Shown one piece after another: positions 13,135-26,070 of a stretch of 64,000 nt of DNA. Source of the stretch: Octopus sinensis (lineage: Eukaryota). Made by a program: the position numbers and the translations under genes. The notes under the pieces were generated by a model that saw only the letters and a list, made by a program, of their open reading frames with translations, had not been told where the DNA came from and ran no database searches. The first letter of the stretch is position 1. Every line of letters begins with the position of its first letter. The stretch spans positions 15,252,001 through 15,316,000 of the forward strand of contig NC_043023.1 of the NCBI RefSeq assembly GCF_006345805.1, given 5' to 3'.

Positions 13135-13177
13135 TTTCTTTTTAAAACAAAGTAAATAAAACACAAAAGCATAGGTA

Positions 13178-13506
13178 CTACTAGCGAAGACTGGACCCGG
13201 TACGCGCTAGCTAGTCGTAATTAGTCGATCCTACAAAGACTTGCGCGTATGCAAATGAGTTGATTTTACAGAATAAAATAGAAGAATATTTCAAAGAAAG
13301 TAAATAAATTATTTCTTAGAACAATGTATATGATTTTTTTACACAAATCAAATAAAATGTGTGTGATATATTCTTTTAGTTTTCATATTCTTTAGTAAAT
13401 AATTTCTTTTTTAACTAATTAAATAAAACAAAAACACAAAGTAAGGATCAACTAGTCACGACTAACAAGCGCGAGTGCGCACACCGGGACCACTCTTCTA
13501 GAGTAG
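13178..13506. mobile_element. TA-flanked MITE with ~60-bp imperfect TIRs (CTACT..AGTAG)
   Basis: Left CTACTAGCGAAGACTGGACCCGG versus reverse-complemented right CTACTCTAGAAGAGTGGTCCCGG; copies in the H and I introns. Confidence 0.6.
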
Positions 13507-13938
13507 TACCCATCGCCAGTTTATGACGTTTGCCGATTCTGTCTACAAAAGGCTGTATCTGCTTTTTATCATAGTGCTATCACTGGCCACATGTTTCAGT
13601 TAGCTATTGATGTTTTATGATGTTGCAGATTATTTATTCTGAGAAGCTGAAATGGACAGAATTATTAACGTGTATCATTTTGACAGAATAAACAGCAAAT
13701 ACAGATGTTTAGCAAATGATACATCTGTGATAAAACAACAAACAGCTTTGAATGGACACAACCAGCAAATGGATTATCTACCAAAATAATTGAAATTAAA
13801 AACCAGGTGCTTTACTGGACAATAGAATTAATATCGATTTCAGACTAGTATTATTTAAAACTATCAATATTGTCTGGATTTTCCAATTAGCCAGATACAT
13901 AGGCTTTTACTAAAAAGAAAATATGTATTACAACTTAC

Positions 13939-14200
13939 CTCTGATGATAATTTAGTCGCTGTTTTATAAGAAATATTTTTAATTACACACTCGAACGAGG
14001 GGGAAATATTACTGGAAGACACATAGAAAAGCCGACACGGAAAGTCAACGAAACGAACTAACAATCCGGTTGTTGTGCGCTTCGTATTTACTCACTTTTG
14101 TCTGATGCTGAAATTAAGGTGGTAAACTGTTAATGTTTGTTTATAACTATAATAAATTTTTGAAACTGTGAATTGGGCCAAGGTAACGAATAGCCACACC
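13939..14200 (-). promoter_or_regulatory. Predicted non-coding first exon of gene B with splice donor (intron 11971-13938)
   Basis: CAGAG|GTAAGT donor and GTGTCATTTCAG acceptor. The module with GTCAACGAAACGAAC recurs upstream of most ZNF loci. Confidence 0.55.
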
Positions 14201-14376
14201 ACCCGTTTTTGGCGGTTACGGTTACGCCGGAGTCACATAACATACTTAACTTCTTTATTTTCATATAAAGGATATAAGCATGTACAACTTATAGAACATT
14301 GCCATTTTATGAGATTTTGCTGGCAAATTTCAAATTAATGTAAACAATAGCGGTGTTGGTGGCAACAACAACATTC

Positions 14377-15032
14377 GGATCTTTTCCTTTTGAACGGCAG
14401 TTTTTTAACATAATTTCTAGGTAACTAAAAAGTTTTAAACTTCGTATACTGGTAGAATGTGTTTATAAAACATCATTTTCTCTTGGCTTTATTGAGAAAA
14501 TTCTATATGTTATAACATATTTCGACTTTAATTTCGAGCATTTCGGAAGTTTTAACTAATCGCTGACGTCCATTTGAAATGCAATACATAGATACTAGGG
14601 TTATAATTATGGGTGACAATTTCAAACGACACCGCTACAGAAAATGGGATTTTTTTCTAGCGGTGTCAAATGAAAATGTCACCCATCATTATGGCCCTAG
14701 TATCGATCTATTGCATTTCAATCTATTTTAGGGTTCGGGGCGAGGGGTATCTTTTTTTCTTCGCAAATGTAAATAAACTCAATCGGTTTCTTAAAGGAGG
14801 GACATATTCATACAGCACGGAATGTTTTCACCCCAAATGGAGGTCAGCGATTGGTTAAAATTGCCGAAATGCTCGAAATTAAAGACGAAATATGTTACAA
14901 TATATGGAATTTTCTCAATAAAGACAAGAAAAAAATGATGTTTTATAACACATTCTACCAGTATACGAAGTTTAAAAGTGCTTACTTAACTAGAAATTGT
15001 GTTGAAAAGTGCCGTTCAAAAGGAAAAAATCC
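14377..15032. mobile_element. Foldback MITE of the GGATCTTTTCC family, partly deleted
   Basis: Inverted arms homologous to 2900-3682; no TSD. Confidence 0.85.
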
Positions 15033-15106
15033 ACGATAACAACCACATCACCCACAACAATAACAATAAGTTCAACACAAACACCTCCAGCAACAGTAAC
15101 AACAGT

Positions 15107-15410
15107 GGAGGCGCAATGGCCAGTGGTTAGGGCAGCGATCTCGCGGTCGGAGGATCACGGTTTCGATTCCCAGACCGGGTGTTGTGTGTATTTAATGAGC
15201 GAAAACACCCGAGGCTCCGGCAGTGGGTGGCGACCCCAGTTGTACTCTTTTGCTCCAACTTTCTCTCATTCTTTCTTCCTATTTCTTGTCCCCGACTTCC
15301 TACGCAACCGCTGAGCCTGGATGCGCATTCATCCATCCGTCGATGCTCTCGGTGTCGGGGGTTGACCTGCTTTCTCTTCTGCGGGTCTTACGAATAGCAA
15401 AGGACCACGC
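15107..15410 (+). mobile_element. tRNA-derived SINE of a third type
   Basis: GGAGGCGCAATGGCCAGTGGTTAG (A box) and GGTTTCGATTCCC (B box) with no acceptor stem; 3' boundary approximate. Confidence 0.6.
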
Positions 15411-15809
15411 TTCTCCCACTACAGAGGCGCGATCTTATGGGCAAATCACCCTACGATTTAAAGAAACAACTCTCAGTCTCTGGGAAGAACATGAGCAATG
15501 CTCTGGAGGCAATATCAGAGAGAGCAGGGAGCTATTCCAGCTGGATCTGGTCGAAGAGGAATAAAGACGAAATATAAAGTTTGAAGGCATTTCTTTCTGT
15601 TTAATGCTAAGGGAAGTAACTCTGAGCCATTATAATATCACTGATGTTTCACCCCTACCATGAAATCAAACGTTATTTCTTCTTTCAGCACTAATTTGAA
15701 GGCTTAATTAACGGGGAGAAGTTACAACTGGATGAAATTTCAGGCGGTTTAAATGTAAAAGTCTCCCATTCACTGCATCTTGATATTTAATTAAATAATA
15801 TCAACAAAT

Positions 15810-16135
15810 TTGCGGATTCCGTGGACAGCGAGGCTCACCAATGGAGAAGTTCTTAAGCAGAAAAGGCCGAAAATGTCGCTAGAAGCTAGGATCACCAAGC
15901 ATACATTGGCATATTTCGGTCATATTATGCGGAGAAAATCCTTGGAGAAGGACATCATGCTCGGAATAGTCAGTGGCAAGAGAGGAAGAGGCCGACCAAG
16001 AACCCGCTGGCTTGACACCATCAACAGTGATACCGGAATGGACATGGCCAGTCTGAAAGAAGCGGCCCAGGATAGAACTGACTGGAGGACACTGATCCAA
16101 CGAGTGACCGCAAGTCGACTTCGACTGAGCAGATT
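15810..16135 (+). mobile_element. RTE-BovB-like LINE 3' fragment
   Basis: RIPWTAR.TN.EVL..LAYFGHIMRR.SLEKDIMLG..GKRGRGRPRTRWLD..AAQDRTDWR, a BovB-type ORF end. Confidence 0.8.
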
Positions 16136-16379
16136 GAGAGAAAATAAACGCTTATAGTAGGTTAGTTTGGAGATGTGTGAGACTTTTATCATACACTGAT
16201 CCACTGTGAATTCTATAATTTACGTGTGTCTCACCATTACAACATTTGGTAGAATGTTCTGCGTATAAAACGAGAGGAGAAAAAAGAGTAAGACAACTTT
16301 AATTTTCTTTCTGTTTATTAAATTAATTCACAATATCACTGATATTGTTATTGAGTAATATGGATACATATATGTTAAG

Positions 16380-17090
<711 letters not shown>

Positions 17091-17379
17091 TTACGTGCCA
17101 CCAGCCAGAGGAGGCTGGCAAACGGCCACGGTCAGTTGGTGCTTTTATGTGTCACAGGTCCTCAAAATTTACTTCATGAGTGATGTAGGACAATAAACCC
17201 AAAGGAGGTGTCAAAACTTTAGACGATGGGTCATGTTAAATGCAGTACCAATTGCCACAAAGGAAAACATATCTACTGACAGCTTTTTGGTGCATTCAAA
17301 AACCACATACCCTCCACCCCCAAATTTCCACGACTGGTTAGGGCAAGGAATACTCGGACAAATGACAAGTCACTTAGTC

Positions 17380-17520
17380 CAATTAGCCCATCATTTACTC
17401 CACAAATGTTTTGTCATCAATGCTGCACTTTCCTATATCACCTGTTTCAACATAACTGTAATATATATATACACAAACTATGACATTTTAATACTGAGCA
17501 ACACCGGGTATCTCTGCTAG
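17380..17520 (+). mobile_element. Possible Helitron-like 3' end
   Basis: GAGCAACACCGGGTATCTCTG-CTAG|T terminal motif only; 5' boundary unknown. Confidence 0.35.
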
Positions 17521-17576
17521 TCATTCCATAAAACAATAATAGGAGAAAAATATTTTTAAAAAAACATCAACACGCA

Positions 17577-17965
17577 GGAGTGGCTGTGTGGTAAGTAGCT
17601 TGTTTACCAACCACATGGTTCCGGGTTCAGTCCCATTGCGTGGCACCTTGGGCAAGTGTCTTCTGCTATAGCCTCGGGCCGACCAATGCCTTTTGAGTGA
17701 ATTTTGTAGACGGAAACTGAAAGAAGCCTGTCCTATATATGTATGTGTGTGTATATGTTTGTATCTGTGTTTGTCCCCCCAACATCGCTTGACAACCGAT
17801 GCTGGTGTGTTTATGTCCCAGTCACTTAGAGGTTCGGCAAAAGACACCGATAGAATAAGTACTGGGCTTACAAAGAATAAGTCCCGGGGTCGAGTTGCTC
17901 GATTAAAGGCGGTGCTCCAGGATGGCCGCAGTCAAAATGACTGAAACAAGTAAAAGAGTAAAAGA
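17577..17965 (+). mobile_element. Full-length CORE-type SINE
   Basis: tRNA-like head, CCTTGGGCAAGTG core, GTAAAAGA repeat tail. Confidence 0.85.
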
Positions 17966-18329
17966 GAGAGATACGTGAGAGTGAAAAGGGAGGGTGGTTT
18001 CGGTTGTGCTAGAAACACCAGCAAAACATCCCTTGAATTGTTCACCTTTTCCTCTGAAAATATTTACTTGTTTTATTTTAACCAAAAAGGCTCCTCCCAT
18101 GGTTTTTAAGTTAAAAAAGAAAACGGCCAAAATCGGTTTGGATAGGTATTATTCTAAAGGTTATAGCAATCCAGATAACCATAACAAAATCACTTCTTAA
18201 TTTTATTTGTTACTAAAATTATACCAGTTTATTAATAGAATGAACTGTCAGTTTTCCAAATTAAAACTTGAAATGAAAACACTGAAATATCTACTAAAAT
18301 AATGAAGTATTTATTAAAATAATTGTAAT

Positions 18330-18800
18330 TAAAAATCTGGTGCTTTTTCATGGCCACAAGTAAAATCCAGATTTTCTAGGCATAATTTACGAAGTTTACT
18401 GGACAATAGAATTAATATCGATTTCAGACAAGCAGTATTTAAACCTTTCAAAACTGCCTGCTGTTTCCAATTAGCCAGATACATAGTCTTTTACTAAAAA
18501 GAAAATATGTGTTACATCTTAACTCTTATAATATATTAGTCGGTGTTTTATAATATTTTTAATTACACAAATAAGCGATCTAGCGAAAAAAGAGACATCG
18601 AAAAGCCGACACGGAACGTCAACGAAACGAATTAAGAATCCGGTTGTTGTGCTTCCCGTATTAATAACACTTTTGTCTGATGCTAAAAGTAAAGTGGTAA
18701 ATTTTTGAAAATGTGAATTGTAAGAAAAAATGCAAATAATAACAAATGATACAAAGCTAGAAGCTGACATTTTTATTGCTACTTTTACATCCTCCGCGTA
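18330..18800 (-). promoter_or_regulatory. Orphan first-exon module, probably of relic C, with a mutated donor
   Basis: Homologous to 13800-14200. The donor reads GAG|TTAAGA (near 18520) rather than GAG|GTAAG. Confidence 0.5.
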
Positions 18801-18884
18801 CCGAACCACAATGTCAAAGAAAGCAACACGACTTGACAGATAGTGGTGGGTGTGGGGCACAGACACGCGTGTCTTACTCCCATC

Positions 18885-19303
<419 letters not shown>

Positions 19304-20653
19304 TTAGTCACCTAACTGGGGAGAATGATATACCACAAATATCACAGGGATGTGTTTCTCCCCTATATGAATGGATTTGTGATGAGTAAGTCTATGCTTA
19401 CGGGAGAATGATTTACCACAAATACGACATTCATATGGTTTCTCTCCTGTATGAATGTATTTGTGTTTAGTTAAGTCACCTAACTGGGAGAATGATATAC
19501 CACAAATATCACAGGGATGTGGTTTCTCCCCTATATGAATGGATTTGGGATAAGTAAGGCTATGCTTACGGGAGAATGATTTACCACAAATACGACATTG
19601 ATATGGTTTCTCTCCTGTATGAATGTATTTGTGTCTAGTTAAGTCACCTAACTGGGAGAATGATATACCACAAATATCACAGGGATGTGGTTTCTCCCCT
19701 ATATGAATGGATTTGTGATAAGTAAGGCTATGCTTACGGGAGAATGATTTACCACAAATACGACATTGATATGGTTTCTCTCCTGTATGAATGTATTTGT
19801 GTCTAATTAAGTCACCTAACTGGGAGAATGATATACCACATATATAACAGGGATGTGGTTTCTCCCCTGTATGACTGACTTTGTGATAAGTAAGGCTATG
19901 CTTATAGGAGAATGATTTGCCACAAATATCACAGTGATATGGTTTCTCACCTGTATGAATGAATTTGTGATTAGTAAGGTGAATTTTTTGAGAGAATGAT
20001 TTACCACAAATATCACACTGACATAGTTTCTCACCTGTATGAATGGATTTGTGAGAATTAAGGTTACTTTTTTGAGAGAATGATTTACCACAAATATCAC
20101 ACTGATATGGTTTCTCTCCTGTATGACTGTATTTGTGTTTAGTTAAGTCACCTAACTGGGAGAATGATATACCACAAATATCACAGGGATGTGGTTTCTC
20201 CCCTGTATGAATGTATTTGTGATAAGTAAGGCTATGCTTATGGGAGAATGATTTACCACAAATACGACATTCATATGGTTTCTCACCTGTATGAATGAAT
20301 TTGTGAGTAGTTAAATTATATTTTAATGCAAAAGATTTACCACAGATGTCACAGTGATAAGGTTTCTCTCCTGTATGAATGGATTTGTGAGAGGTAAGGT
20401 TACTTTTCTGAGAGAATGATTTTCCACAAATATCACAGTGATACAGTTTCTCTCCTGTATGAATGTATTTGTGTTTAGTAAGGTGACTTTTATCAGAGAA
20501 TGATTTACCACAGACATCACAGTGATATGGCTTCCTACCTGCATGAATGAATTTGTGAACAGTGAGATTTCCCTGATTAGAAAATGTCTTTTTACAGATA
20601 TCACATTGGTGTGATAATTTTTCTCTTTCTTTTGTCATCTCTTGAGGATTCAT
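19304..20653 (-). CDS. C2H2 zinc-finger protein D, 449 aa, 15 finger units, C-terminal frameshift
   Basis: ATG at 20653. A 1-nt deletion near 19355 gives the out-of-frame tail [16 protein letters not shown]; finger 13 has His to Pro. Confidence 0.75.
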   Translation of the reverse strand: MNPQEMTKEREKLSHQCDICKKTFSNQGNLTVHKFIHAGRKPYHCDVCGKSFSDKSHLTKHKYIHTGEKLYHCDICGKSFSQKSNLTSHKSIHTGEKPYHCDICGKSFALKYNLTTHKFIHTGEKPYECRICGKSFSHKHSLTYHKYIHTGEKPHPCDICGISFSQLGDLTKHKYSHTGEKPYQCDICGKSFSQKSNLNSHKSIHTGEKLCQCDICGKSFSQKIHLTNHKFIHTGEKPYHCDICGKSFSYKHSLTYHKVSHTGEKPHPCYICGISFSQLGDLIRHKYIHTGEKPYQCRICGKSFSRKHSLTYHKSIHIGEKPHPCDICGISFSQLGDLTRHKYIHTGEKPYQCRICGKSFSRKHSLTYPKSIHIGEKPHPCDICGISFSQLGDLTKHKYIHTGEKPYECRICGKSFSRKHRLTHHKSIHIGEKHIPVIFVVYHSPQLGD

Positions 20654-21274
20654 TATTGTTCTATAGAATACAAACACAAAATATAATTTTGCTTCCTTTT
20701 TTATATATTTCTATTGCTTATATTTCCAGCAGTTCTGATCTTCATCAATATCTAAAGATGATACAAACACCTTTGCAGATATCTCCCGCTCCAAACAGAA
20801 TGTGAAATACTTTAGCAAATATTCCAGGCAATGATGGAAACAAATGTTGCCAATTATTCAGAAGAAATATTTCACAGTTTTCCACCATAGACAAATCATA
20901 TAAACAGAGTTATGTCAAATATTTATAACATCTTCCATTAGATGATCAATATTCATGAAGTATCACTAACATTTCACCTCCTGAAATGACACAGAAACAG
21001 AAGATATAGGAAAAACTTAAAAAGCAGAGATTCAACTGTAAAAAAAATATAACTACATCTCATAATGATAACTGTGGATATAATCCTTAATTTGTCTTTG
21101 AAATTATTTATGGTAATTTATATATGGTAACCCTTTTGTTACCATATTTCTTTTGAGATTCAGTGTGTTTCTCAATTATTTTAAATATAATAAAGAACTT
21201 AGTAAACTAACTTGTTATCATTCAACTAGTGTTAGAAACATAATTGTAACTAAGGTTTCGTGGAAGATTTTAAT

Positions 21275-21664
21275 TCAAAACTTATGAAAAGACATTTTTC
21301 CACAGAGCCAGAGCCGGTTTTGGTCGGGTGAGTAACAAAAGGGTGTGGTCTTTGAAATTATTTTTGTTATTAAAAATTATATGATACAACCTTGTGTAAT
21401 GACTACATATACACGGACTTCAGTTCCTCTTCCTTCAGATATTATGTAAAACATTATCCCTTTAGTGTTCTCAAAACTTATGAAAAGACATTTTTCCACA
21501 GAGCCAGAGCCGGTTTTGGTCGGGTGAGTAACAAAAGGGTGTGGTCTTTGAAATTTATTTTGTTATTAAAATTATATGATACAACCTTGTGTAATGACTA
21601 CATATACACGGACTTCAGTTCCTCTTCCTTCAGATATTATGTAAAACATTATCCCTTTAGTGTT
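21275..21664. repeat. ~196-bp tandem duplication in the gene D intron
   Basis: TCAAAACTTATGAAAAGAC..CCCTTTAGTGTTC occurs twice; single in the B, H and I introns. Confidence 0.85.
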
Positions 21665-22034
21665 CAGATTATTCTGTTAAATGTAATTCTTTTTCACTCA
21701 AATTGTTTTGAATTAAACATGCAATATCTTATAGCTTTGAGGTTTCAATGATGTGATTGTTTATTTCAAGAACGTCAATGTAGGTTAGGTGTGAGAGGCC
21801 AGATACCGCTAGTTTGAATATAAAACATGCAGAATATCTGGGCCTGATATGGCCGGTTTAAACAATAAAGGGTTCAACTATAGGATATTGGACAATAATA
21901 TGATAAGTGACTACTGTTTAACCCTAGGTTATCCCTGACTGAGCAGATCTATTATTAATGAAATTAGGTAATGTTCATGATTGTTACAACTTCTGTAACA
22001 GATCAAAACAAACATAAACTACAATTTAGTGAAC

Positions 22035-22595
22035 CACTTTTTCCAGAATTTTCTTCTCTTCTTTTTTTTTTTTGCGAAAATACGGAGTTTATGATTCATG
22101 TGTGAGTGTGTGGTTCTTGATACTCGTTAGAACAAGTAGTTTTACACCAATTTACACTATTTTTTCTTAGTTTAAAGGGCCGTGGACTGAAGATGTGAAA
22201 TTTCCGAAGCCTCTACCCCACCCCCCTTTTGCGAGACGCGCATTTTTTTCATGATAGTCGTTTAGAGCAAGTTGTTTTACACCTATTACGCTGTTTTTGT
22301 TTTTGTTTTTGTGCCCGGTTCAGACGCTTCGGAAATTCCGATATAAATATTCCGAGGCCTCTCCCCCACCCCTCTTTCTCGAGAGCGCATTTTTTTTTGT
22401 CATATTCGTTTAGAGCAAGTTGTTTTACAATATTACACTATTTTTTTTTGTTTTGGTGCCCGGGTCAGCTCCTCAGACGCTTTGAACTTCCCGATGTGAA
22501 TTTTCCGAGGCCTCTCCCAACCCCCTTTCGCGTGCGCGAATTTTTTTTTTCATATTCGTTCATAGGAAGTTGTTTTACAAACCTATTACACACGC
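22035..22595 (-). mobile_element. Merlin subterminal tandem-repeat region lacking its terminus
   Basis: Reverse complement of ~40780-41316. Confidence 0.75.
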
Positions 22596-22681
22596 CCTAT
22601 ATTAACCCATATGCTTCAATACCGAATTCATATAAAGAATCTTGCAAACCAAATCAAAAACGAAATAGAATTAATATCTGT

Positions 22682-22857
22682 TTCTTTATTACCCACAAGG
22701 GGCGAAACACGGACGGGACAAACAAGGACAGACAAACGGATTAAGTCGATAACATTGACCCCAGTGCGTAACTGGTACTTAATTTATCGACCCCGAAAGG
22801 ATGAAAGGCAAAGTCGACCTTGGCGGAATTTGAACCCAGAACGTAACGGCGGACGAA
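22682..22857 (-). mobile_element. 5'-truncated tRNA-SINE with a CCCCTTGTGGGTAATAAAGAAA tail
   Basis: Reverse complement of 23872-24045; same family as 47624-47822. Confidence 0.8.
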
Positions 22858-23871
22858 ATTAATATCGATGTCAGACTAGCAACATTGAATACTTTCATTA
22901 TTGTCTGGAGTTTTCGAATTTTCCAGGTTCTTCTGCTTTCAACTAAAAAAAAATATGTACGATATCTTACCTGTTATGATAAATAACCAGTGCTAAAAGT
23001 CAAATTAACGCAAACCACACCAAAAAGCCATTCAGCGGGAACGTAATTTAAAGAAAGCTCAAAAAATAGACATGGAATGTCGACGAAACGAACTAAATAT
23101 CCGGATGTTGTATATACATCGTAATACTATAGCACATACTTAAATGCACAGAAACATGTACGTATATGTGTGTTTCATTTAAATTCTGTATAATTATACT
23201 GCGACCAGGCTGAAGTATCAGCTCATAGGATTCATTTAACAAAGCAACACGAGAACATATTTTTAATTTGGTAGTTATACTGTTGCACAACGAAGTTACA
23301 GGAATGTAAACAAAGTAACAATGGTTTTCGAATACAGGTAGAAATAACACACACGAGTCTTCCTGTTTTCCCTCCGTCCCTCTTTGATAAGTCCTATTGG
23401 TTTCTTTCCGTCCCTGTAATTTAAGGGTTCGGTAACAGGATAGTGGAAAAGTACCAATAGATATGAAAATAAGCAGTCACTTTTGTATGTTTTGTCATCA
23501 TTTGGATTTTTCCTCATAACTCACATTTTGGAAAAGTAATTATACCAATAAAAAACATTGAGAATTTACCAACTTAGTTTTAGCATCCGATAAATGTATA
23601 GTATTACGATATATACAACATCCGGATATCAGTTCGTTTCGTCGACATTCCATGTCTATTTTTTGCGCTTTCTTTAAATTACGTTTCCCGCTGAATGGCT
23701 TTTTTGGTGTGGTTTGCGTTAATTGACTTTTAGCACTGATTTATTTATCATAACAGGTAAGATATCGTACATATTTTATTTTTAGTGAAAGCAGAAGAAC
23801 CTGGAAAATTCGAAACTCCAGACAATAATGAAAGTATTCAATGTTGCTAGTCTGACATCGATATTAATTTC

Positions 23872-24045
23872 GTCCGCCGTTACGTTCTGGGTTCAAATTC
23901 CGCCAAGGTCGACTTTGCCTTTCATCCTCCGGGGTCGATAAATTAAGTACCAGTTACGCACTGGGGTCAATGTAAACTACTTAATCCGTTAGTCTGTCCT
24001 TGTTTGTCCCGTCCGTGTTTCGCCCCTTGTGGGTAATAAAGAAAC
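23872..24045 (+). mobile_element. 5'-truncated tRNA-SINE in the gene E intron
   Basis: GGTTCAAATTCC B box and central GCCTTTCATCCTCCGGGGTCGATAAATTAAGTACCAG, flanked by an approximate GATATTAATT duplication. Confidence 0.8.
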
Positions 24046-24849
24046 AGATATTAATTCTATTTGGTTTGCAAGATTCTTTATATGAATTCGTGTATTGAAG
24101 CATATTCTGTTGTGTCTGGGAAGAGTCATTTTCTTTTTGTGCCTTATAATTTAGCACACTCATCGGTAAAATTTTGCAGTTATTTCTTACTTATTTCCTT
24201 TTTTCCTAAAATTTTCTTTGCGTCTTGCAACCTTTTCAATAGTTTTGACTCTGTCCGTTATTTACACAGCTTTTCCTTTTGTTTGTTTGGGTGCATTGAC
24301 ACTAAACTAGAGAAAGTATTAGATTTATGACTCAGGTCATTATAGACGAAAGTAATGTCTTGTGTCATGAGTATCATTTTAAAGTGTAATTTCTTCGGGC
24401 AACAGTTTATATCCACAGTTTATCATTATGAAAATGTAGTTATAATTTTTATTGTTAAACCTTTGCTTTTTAAAGTATTTCCTATATCTTCTACTGTTTC
24501 TGTGTCATTTCAGATACTCGTATAAAGGAGTTTTACGTGAGATACATCATGAATATTGATCATGTTTTAAAAACGAATGTCAGCCGTTATAAATAATAGA
24601 TAATAACTCTGTTTATATAATATATCTATGGTGAATAACGGTGAAATATTTCTTCTGAATTAATAGCAACATTTGTTTTCCTCATTGCCAGGAATATTTA
24701 CAAAAGTATTTCGCATTGTGTTTGAATGTGAGAAAATCTGGAAAGGTGTTTGTATCATTTTCAGATATTCAAGATCAGATTTGCTGTAGAATATATATAT
24801 AAAGAAGAAGGGGAAAATATATTTTCTGTCTGTATACTACAGAACAATA

Positions 24850-26070
24850 ATGAATAGTCTGGAGATGTTAAAAGAAAGAGAAAAGTTATCAGACCAATGT
24901 GATATCTGTAAAAAGACTTTTTCTAATAAGGGAAATCTCACTGTTCACAAATTCATTCATGCAGGGGGGAAACTGTATCATTGTGATATCTGTGGTAAAT
25001 CATTCTCTCGAAAAAGTCACCTTACTCATCACAAATACACTCATACTGGAGAGAAACCATATCAGTGTGATATCTGTGGTAAATCATTCTCTCAAAGGAC
25101 TGTCCTTTCTTATCACAAATTCGTTCATACTGGAGAGAAACCATATCACTGTGATATCTGTGGTAAATCATTCACTCAGAAATGTAGCCTCACTCATCAC
25201 AAATACACTCATACTGGAGAGAAACCATATCACTGTGATATTTGTGGTAAATCATTCTCTCAAAAGACTCCCCTTTCTTATCACAAATTCGTTCATACTG
25301 GAGAGAAACCACATCACTGTGATATCTGTGGTAAATCATTCTCTAAAAAATATAACCTAACTAAACACAAATCCATTCATACAGGAGAGAAACCAAATCA
25401 ATGTCGTATTTGCGGTAAATCATTCTCTCAAAGAAGTTACCTTGATTCTCACATATCCATTCATACAGGGGAGAAACCACATCAGTGTGGTGTTTGTGGT
25501 AAATCATTCTCTCAAAAGAGTAACCTTAATTCTCACAAATACATTCATACAGGTGAGAAACCATATCAGTGTGATATCTGTGATAAATCCTTTTCATTAA
25601 AAAGTTATTTAACTACTCACAAATCCATTCATACAGGTGAGAAACCATATCGATGTGATATTTGTGGTAAATCATTCACTCAGAAATGTAGCCTCACTCA
25701 TCACAAATACACTCATACTGGAGAGAAACCATATCAATGTGATATTTGTGGTAAATCATTCTCTCAAAAGACTGCCCTTTCTTATCACAAATTCGTTCAT
25801 ACTGGAGAGAAACCATATCACTGTGATATCTGTGGTAAATCATTCTCTAGAAAATATAGCCTTACTAAACACAAATCCATTCATACAGGAGAGAAACCAT
25901 ATCACTGTGATATTTGTGGTAAATCATTCTCTCAAAGAAGTTACCTTGATTCTCACAAATCAGATCATACAGGTGAGAAACCATATCGGTGCTATATCTG
26001 TGGTAAATCATTCTCTCAGAAGAGGTACTTAAATAGACACAAATGCATTAATACAGGGGACAAACCATAG
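24850..26070 (+). CDS. C2H2 zinc-finger protein E, 406 aa, 14 finger units (last has His to Asn)
   Basis: Uninterrupted ATG-to-TAG ORF of tandem C2H2 fingers; predicted intron 23757-24513. Confidence 0.9.
   Translation: MNSLEMLKEREKLSDQCDICKKTFSNKGNLTVHKFIHAGGKLYHCDICGKSFSRKSHLTHHKYTHTGEKPYQCDICGKSFSQRTVLSYHKFVHTGEKPYHCDICGKSFTQKCSLTHHKYTHTGEKPYHCDICGKSFSQKTPLSYHKFVHTGEKPHHCDICGKSFSKKYNLTKHKSIHTGEKPNQCRICGKSFSQRSYLDSHISIHTGEKPHQCGVCGKSFSQKSNLNSHKYIHTGEKPYQCDICDKSFSLKSYLTTHKSIHTGEKPYRCDICGKSFTQKCSLTHHKYTHTGEKPYQCDICGKSFSQKTALSYHKFVHTGEKPYHCDICGKSFSRKYSLTKHKSIHTGEKPYHCDICGKSFSQRSYLDSHKSDHTGEKPYRCYICGKSFSQKRYLNRHKCINTGDKP

Larger units (their letters stand above)
22609..24104. repeat. Inverted repeat (arms ~22609-23128 and ~23599-24104) between head-to-head genes D and E
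   Basis: Arms are near-identical reverse complements. Each holds a first-exon module, a CAG|GTAAGA donor (22970 minus, 23757 plus) and the same truncated SINE. Confidence 0.9.

Noticed and set aside
15107-15190. tRNA genes at SINE heads (also 9124, 17577, 47624)
   Set aside because: A/B boxes are present but there is no closing acceptor stem, and each continues into a repeat body.
24890-26070. 84-bp periodic repeats as a CRISPR or satellite array
   Set aside because: The period equals a 28-aa C2H2 finger in an open frame; there is no repeat-spacer structure and no cas genes.
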